Assembly (NCBI GenBank): GCA_038087875.1
Contig: CM075990.1
Coordinates: 1,676,001 to 1,740,000, forward strand
Direction of reading: 5' to 3'
Source of the DNA: Malacoraja senta
Taxonomy: Eukaryota
Length of the DNA: 64,000 bases
The notes under the pieces were generated by a model, which made no database searches, was not told the DNA's origin, and saw only the letters and a program-made list of their open reading frames with translations. Shown here in pieces: positions 60,320-64,000 of this stretch. The position numbers and the translations under genes were made by a program. Every line of letters begins with the position of its first letter. Within the stretch, counting starts at the first letter, position 1.

Positions 60320-63300
60320 GTCATACTTATACAATTATAACCCATTACTTGCTTATAATGAACAATTGGCAATAACAGACACATTGCCTCCCAGCTCCTG
60401 ACGCTCTGTTGTAACGATGGTTTGCTGTAATAATCAGTCTGTGAGCAGACAGTTCCCCACAAATACTTCATAACAGCTGAACTCCACAAGCATTTGCCCT
60501 TCTAATTGCCCGCTTGAATTCGTTCCTACTCTGGCTGATGCCATCTTCTTAAACCTGACAAAAACTTTGTTTTTCTGCCTGACCAAGTTTACAACCTGAT
60601 TGGTCATCTATTGTTCCCTTTGCTGTCCTTATCCGTCCTTCTTAATGACATTGTAATCTTGCCGTAATACCTTACTCAACCTCCAGACCTGTCTTCATTC
60701 AAAGCAATCTTAAAACTTAGCATTGTGGTCACTATTTCCAAAATGCTCTTAAACTGCAACACCAGTCACCTGGCCAGGCTCGCTTCCCAACTCACCAGGT
60801 CTAGCATGGTCACTCTTCGAGTCGGACTATCCACATACTGTTTAAGGAAATCTTCTTGAATGCACCTAACAAATTCTGCTCCATTTAATACTCTTGCCCT
60901 GAATAAATCCCAGTCAATATTGAGTCACCCTCTACAACTACCCTGTTGTTGCATCCTTCCATAATCTGTCTACATATCTGATCCTCTGACTATTGGGAAG
61001 CCTATAATATTAGAGTAATTACTCCATTCTTATTTTTGAGCTATACACATCATGCCTCAGTAGACGTACCCTCTCTGAGTACCACCACGACCTTCTCCCT
61101 GATTAGTAAAGCAACTCCCTCACTTCTTTTACTTTCCCTCTATCTCATCTGAAACATCAAAACCCAGGCATGCTAGGCTGCCAGTCTGGTAACCAAGTTT
61201 CCATAACGGCCACAACATCACAATTCCAAGTACTGATCCAGGCTCTAAGTTCATCAGCTTTACCCTTGATACTTCTTGCATTCACATTGACGTTAACGAG
61301 GCCTTTAGACGTTAGAGATACAGAAGAAACGGGCCCTTCAGATCATCAATTCCACGCCAACCAGTGATTACCTAAACTATCCGACCCACTAGCGACAATT
61401 TACAATTTTATCAAAGCCATTTAAACAAACCTCTACGTATTTGGAGCGTGGGAGAAAACTGGAGCACCTGGGGAAAACCTACGAGGTCACAGGAGAATGT
61501 ACAAACTCCATACAGACAGCACTCGTAGTAAGGATTGAACCTGAGTGTGGTGCTGTAAGGTAACAAGTCTACAGCACCACCACTGTGCACTTTAAAAGTT
61601 CCACCCAGCTAAGGGCCTGTTTCTGCGCTGTATCTCTAAACTAAACTAGCAACTCCAGTATGTCCCACTGACTGTACAGAGGTCTCTTATACAATGCTAA
61701 GTTCATTTTACGGCTCTCTTCCTCTTAACCGTTAAACACAATTTTCTCTTTATAAAATAGTTATTTAATTCAGGAGTCATTTAGATTTGTTTGTTATAAA
61801 GTCAAGTAGTATACAGAAGTCAGAATTATAACCTGTAATTGGTGAATTTGAGGACTGAGGATATGGATTCAGCTTCATCAGATGCAATTTCAGAAAAAGA
61901 ATACAGAATAGAATGTTTGGGGCAAGAACACAGACCATGTGGCCCAAATAAAGTGGTCCCGGTGAGAACCAGCTGTCTGTGGCAATGATTTCCATATTCA
62001 CCATTCTTTGGCAAAAAACAAATCCCTCCTCATATCCATTCTAAAGGTTTGTCCTTTTATTCTGAGGCCATGCCCTCTGGTTGTACTCTCCCCTTACTAC
62101 TAACATCCTTTGCACGTCCACTCTATCATGGCCTTTCATTATCTGATAGGTTTCAAAGAGAACCCCTTCTCTTCCCTCCCCGTCACCCTCTACTTTCTAA
62201 ACTCCAGCGAGGAAAGGCCCTGAGCATCCAAACACTCTCACCCATTAACCGAATCATCCCATGATCATTCTCATAAACCTCTGGGCCCTCTCCAATGTCA
62301 GCACATCATTCCTCAGATTTCGGTCACAAAACTGCTCACAATATTCCAAATGTGGCGTCACCAGCACCTCACAAATCCTCAGCATTACATCCCTCCTTTT
62401 ATATCCTAGTCCCTTCAAAATGAATGCTAACATTACATTTGCCTTCATCACCACTAACAACATGCGAATTAACCCTTTTGGGAATCCTGCACCAAGTCCC
62501 TTTGCTTGTCCAATTTCTGGAACCACTCCTCTATGTCTTTATTCCTTCTGCTAAAGTACATTACCGTACCCTTTGTTACGCTGTATTCAATTTGCTACTT
62601 CTTTGCCCACATTCTCACCTGTCCAACTACTTTTGCAAACTCCCTGCTTCCTCAACATTACTTACCCCCTCATCCAATCTTCCTATCATCTGCAAATTTG
62701 GCACAAAGGCATCAATTCCATCACCCAGGTCATGAATACATAAGATGAAAAGTAGTGGATTCAACAACAACCCCTGTGGAACATCGCAGCCAACCAGAAA
62801 AGGCCCCTTATATTCCCACCCTTTGCCATATGCCAGTCAGCCAATCGTCTATCCATACTACTACCTTGCCTCTAATATCATGGGCTCCTATCTCATTTAG
62901 CAGCCTCATGTGCAGCACCTTATCAAACGCCTTTTGAAAATCCAAAGAAACAACATCCATTGACTCTCCTTTGTCTATCCTGCTTGTTACCCCCTCAAAA
63001 AACTCTAATAGATTTGTCAGATAACACCTTCCCTTTACGAAACCATGCTGACATGTGCTTATCATGTGTTTCCAAGTACCTGAAAGCCTCATCCTTAATA
63101 ATGGACTGTAAAATGTTACCAATCGCAGAAGACGGACTAACCGGCATGTAATTTCCTTTATTTTGCCTTGCTCCCTTCTTAAACAGTGGAGCTACATTTG
63201 CGAATTTCTAGTCCTCTGAAACCATTCCTAACTCTAGTGATTCTTGAAAGATCACTACTAAAGCCTGCACAATCTCAATAGTATCTGTTTCAGAACCCTG

Positions 63301-63370
63301 GAGTGTAATCCATCTAGTCCATGTGACCGATCCACCTTCAAACCTTTCAGCTCCCCAAACACCTTCTCCT
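60320..63370 (-). mobile_element. Decayed CR1 fragments (EN region about 60.3-61.3 kb; RT/3' region about 62.0-63.4 kb)
   Basis: QHGFVKGRCYLTNLLEFF, LDFQKAFDKV, PHLEYCEQF; EN-like VVAVMETWL on the minus strand at about 61200. Confidence 0.75.
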
Positions 63371-63733
63371 GGGGTCTGTTCCCATTTGCTGATCAACTCC
63401 GATTCAGTTCAAGTTGGGAAAGGATGAAAGCACTTACTTCCCTCGTGCTGAATTTTTCCAAATGATTTTCCACAAACATTGGGAATTCCACTTATGTGTT
63501 ACATTTATAACAGTCCAAAAGATCCTAATAGATAGCCAGTGTCTCGGCCAAACAAATATATAGCTAGAAATGTAGAAACAAGGAACTGCAGATGCTGGAT
63601 TACCAAAGACAAGAGTTTTGGAGTAGCTCTGAAATATTCATGGAAACATTAAATTCACGTTTGTAATCTTGAACACTGAATATTGAGTTAAGGCATCTAA
63701 CGTTGTGTCACGTTCTGTCTGTTCTCATGAAAG

Positions 63734-64000
63734 ATGTTCAGCAAAAACACAAGGAGTTTCTGCGGGTAGAGACCGAAACACTGAGAGTGAACACGCTCCT
63801 CAAGAAGGGAAATGCTAATGGTTTCCAGCTGGTTGATCGATACGTTGAGCTCACGGTCATTTCTACTGTTCGAGATTGGGGAGTGGTGGAACATGAGCTG
63901 CTGGCAAGAGGCCGAGAACATGAAAAGTGGAGAGAGAAACACCTCCAGGGAGAGCTGGAAAAAATCCGGACTGATCAATTGGTCCAGAGCAGCTTCTCTC
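63734..64000 (+). CDS. NLR-like gene, start of the large exon (FISNA-like segment preceding NACHT); runs off the window
   Basis: catgaaag|, DVQQKHKEFLRVETETLRVNTLL...FQLVDRYVELTVISTVRD...EHELLARGREHEKW...LEKIRTDQLVQSSFS, open to the end; typical of fish NLRP3/NLRC3-like genes. Confidence 0.85.

Overview
This is eukaryotic DNA from a cartilaginous fish, most likely a skate or ray (inferred from HER1/CR1-type LINEs, HE1/V-SINE-like SINEs and the NLR family style), and it is dominated by nested transposable elements. (1) 0.7-11.9 kb is a minus-strand L1 split by three insertions: a structurally complete DIRS tyrosine-recombinase retrotransposon, a tandem Penelope terminal-repeat unit with two hammerhead-like cores, and a 1.07-kb mini LTR element. 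(2) 12.5-15.2 kb holds tandem tRNA-Ser(GCT) units, a Vingi-like LINE and a truncated tRNA-Leu. (3) 18.9-25.3 kb is a TIR-bounded composite element with a 6-bp TSD. It carries two decayed copies of a TDP2-like first exon and a Penelope element. (4) 21.5-28.3 kb is repeated almost exactly after a 200-N gap, probably an assembly or haplotype duplication. (5) From about 34.6 kb to the window end lies the 5' half of a spliced + strand NLR-like gene. Six phase-compatible coding exons were read by hand. Its introns hold a near-intact Tc1 (Passport-like) transposon, Tx1, L1, CR1, Penelope, SINEs and an ERV env plus 3' LTR remnant. Family names rest on motif recognition from memory, not database searches.
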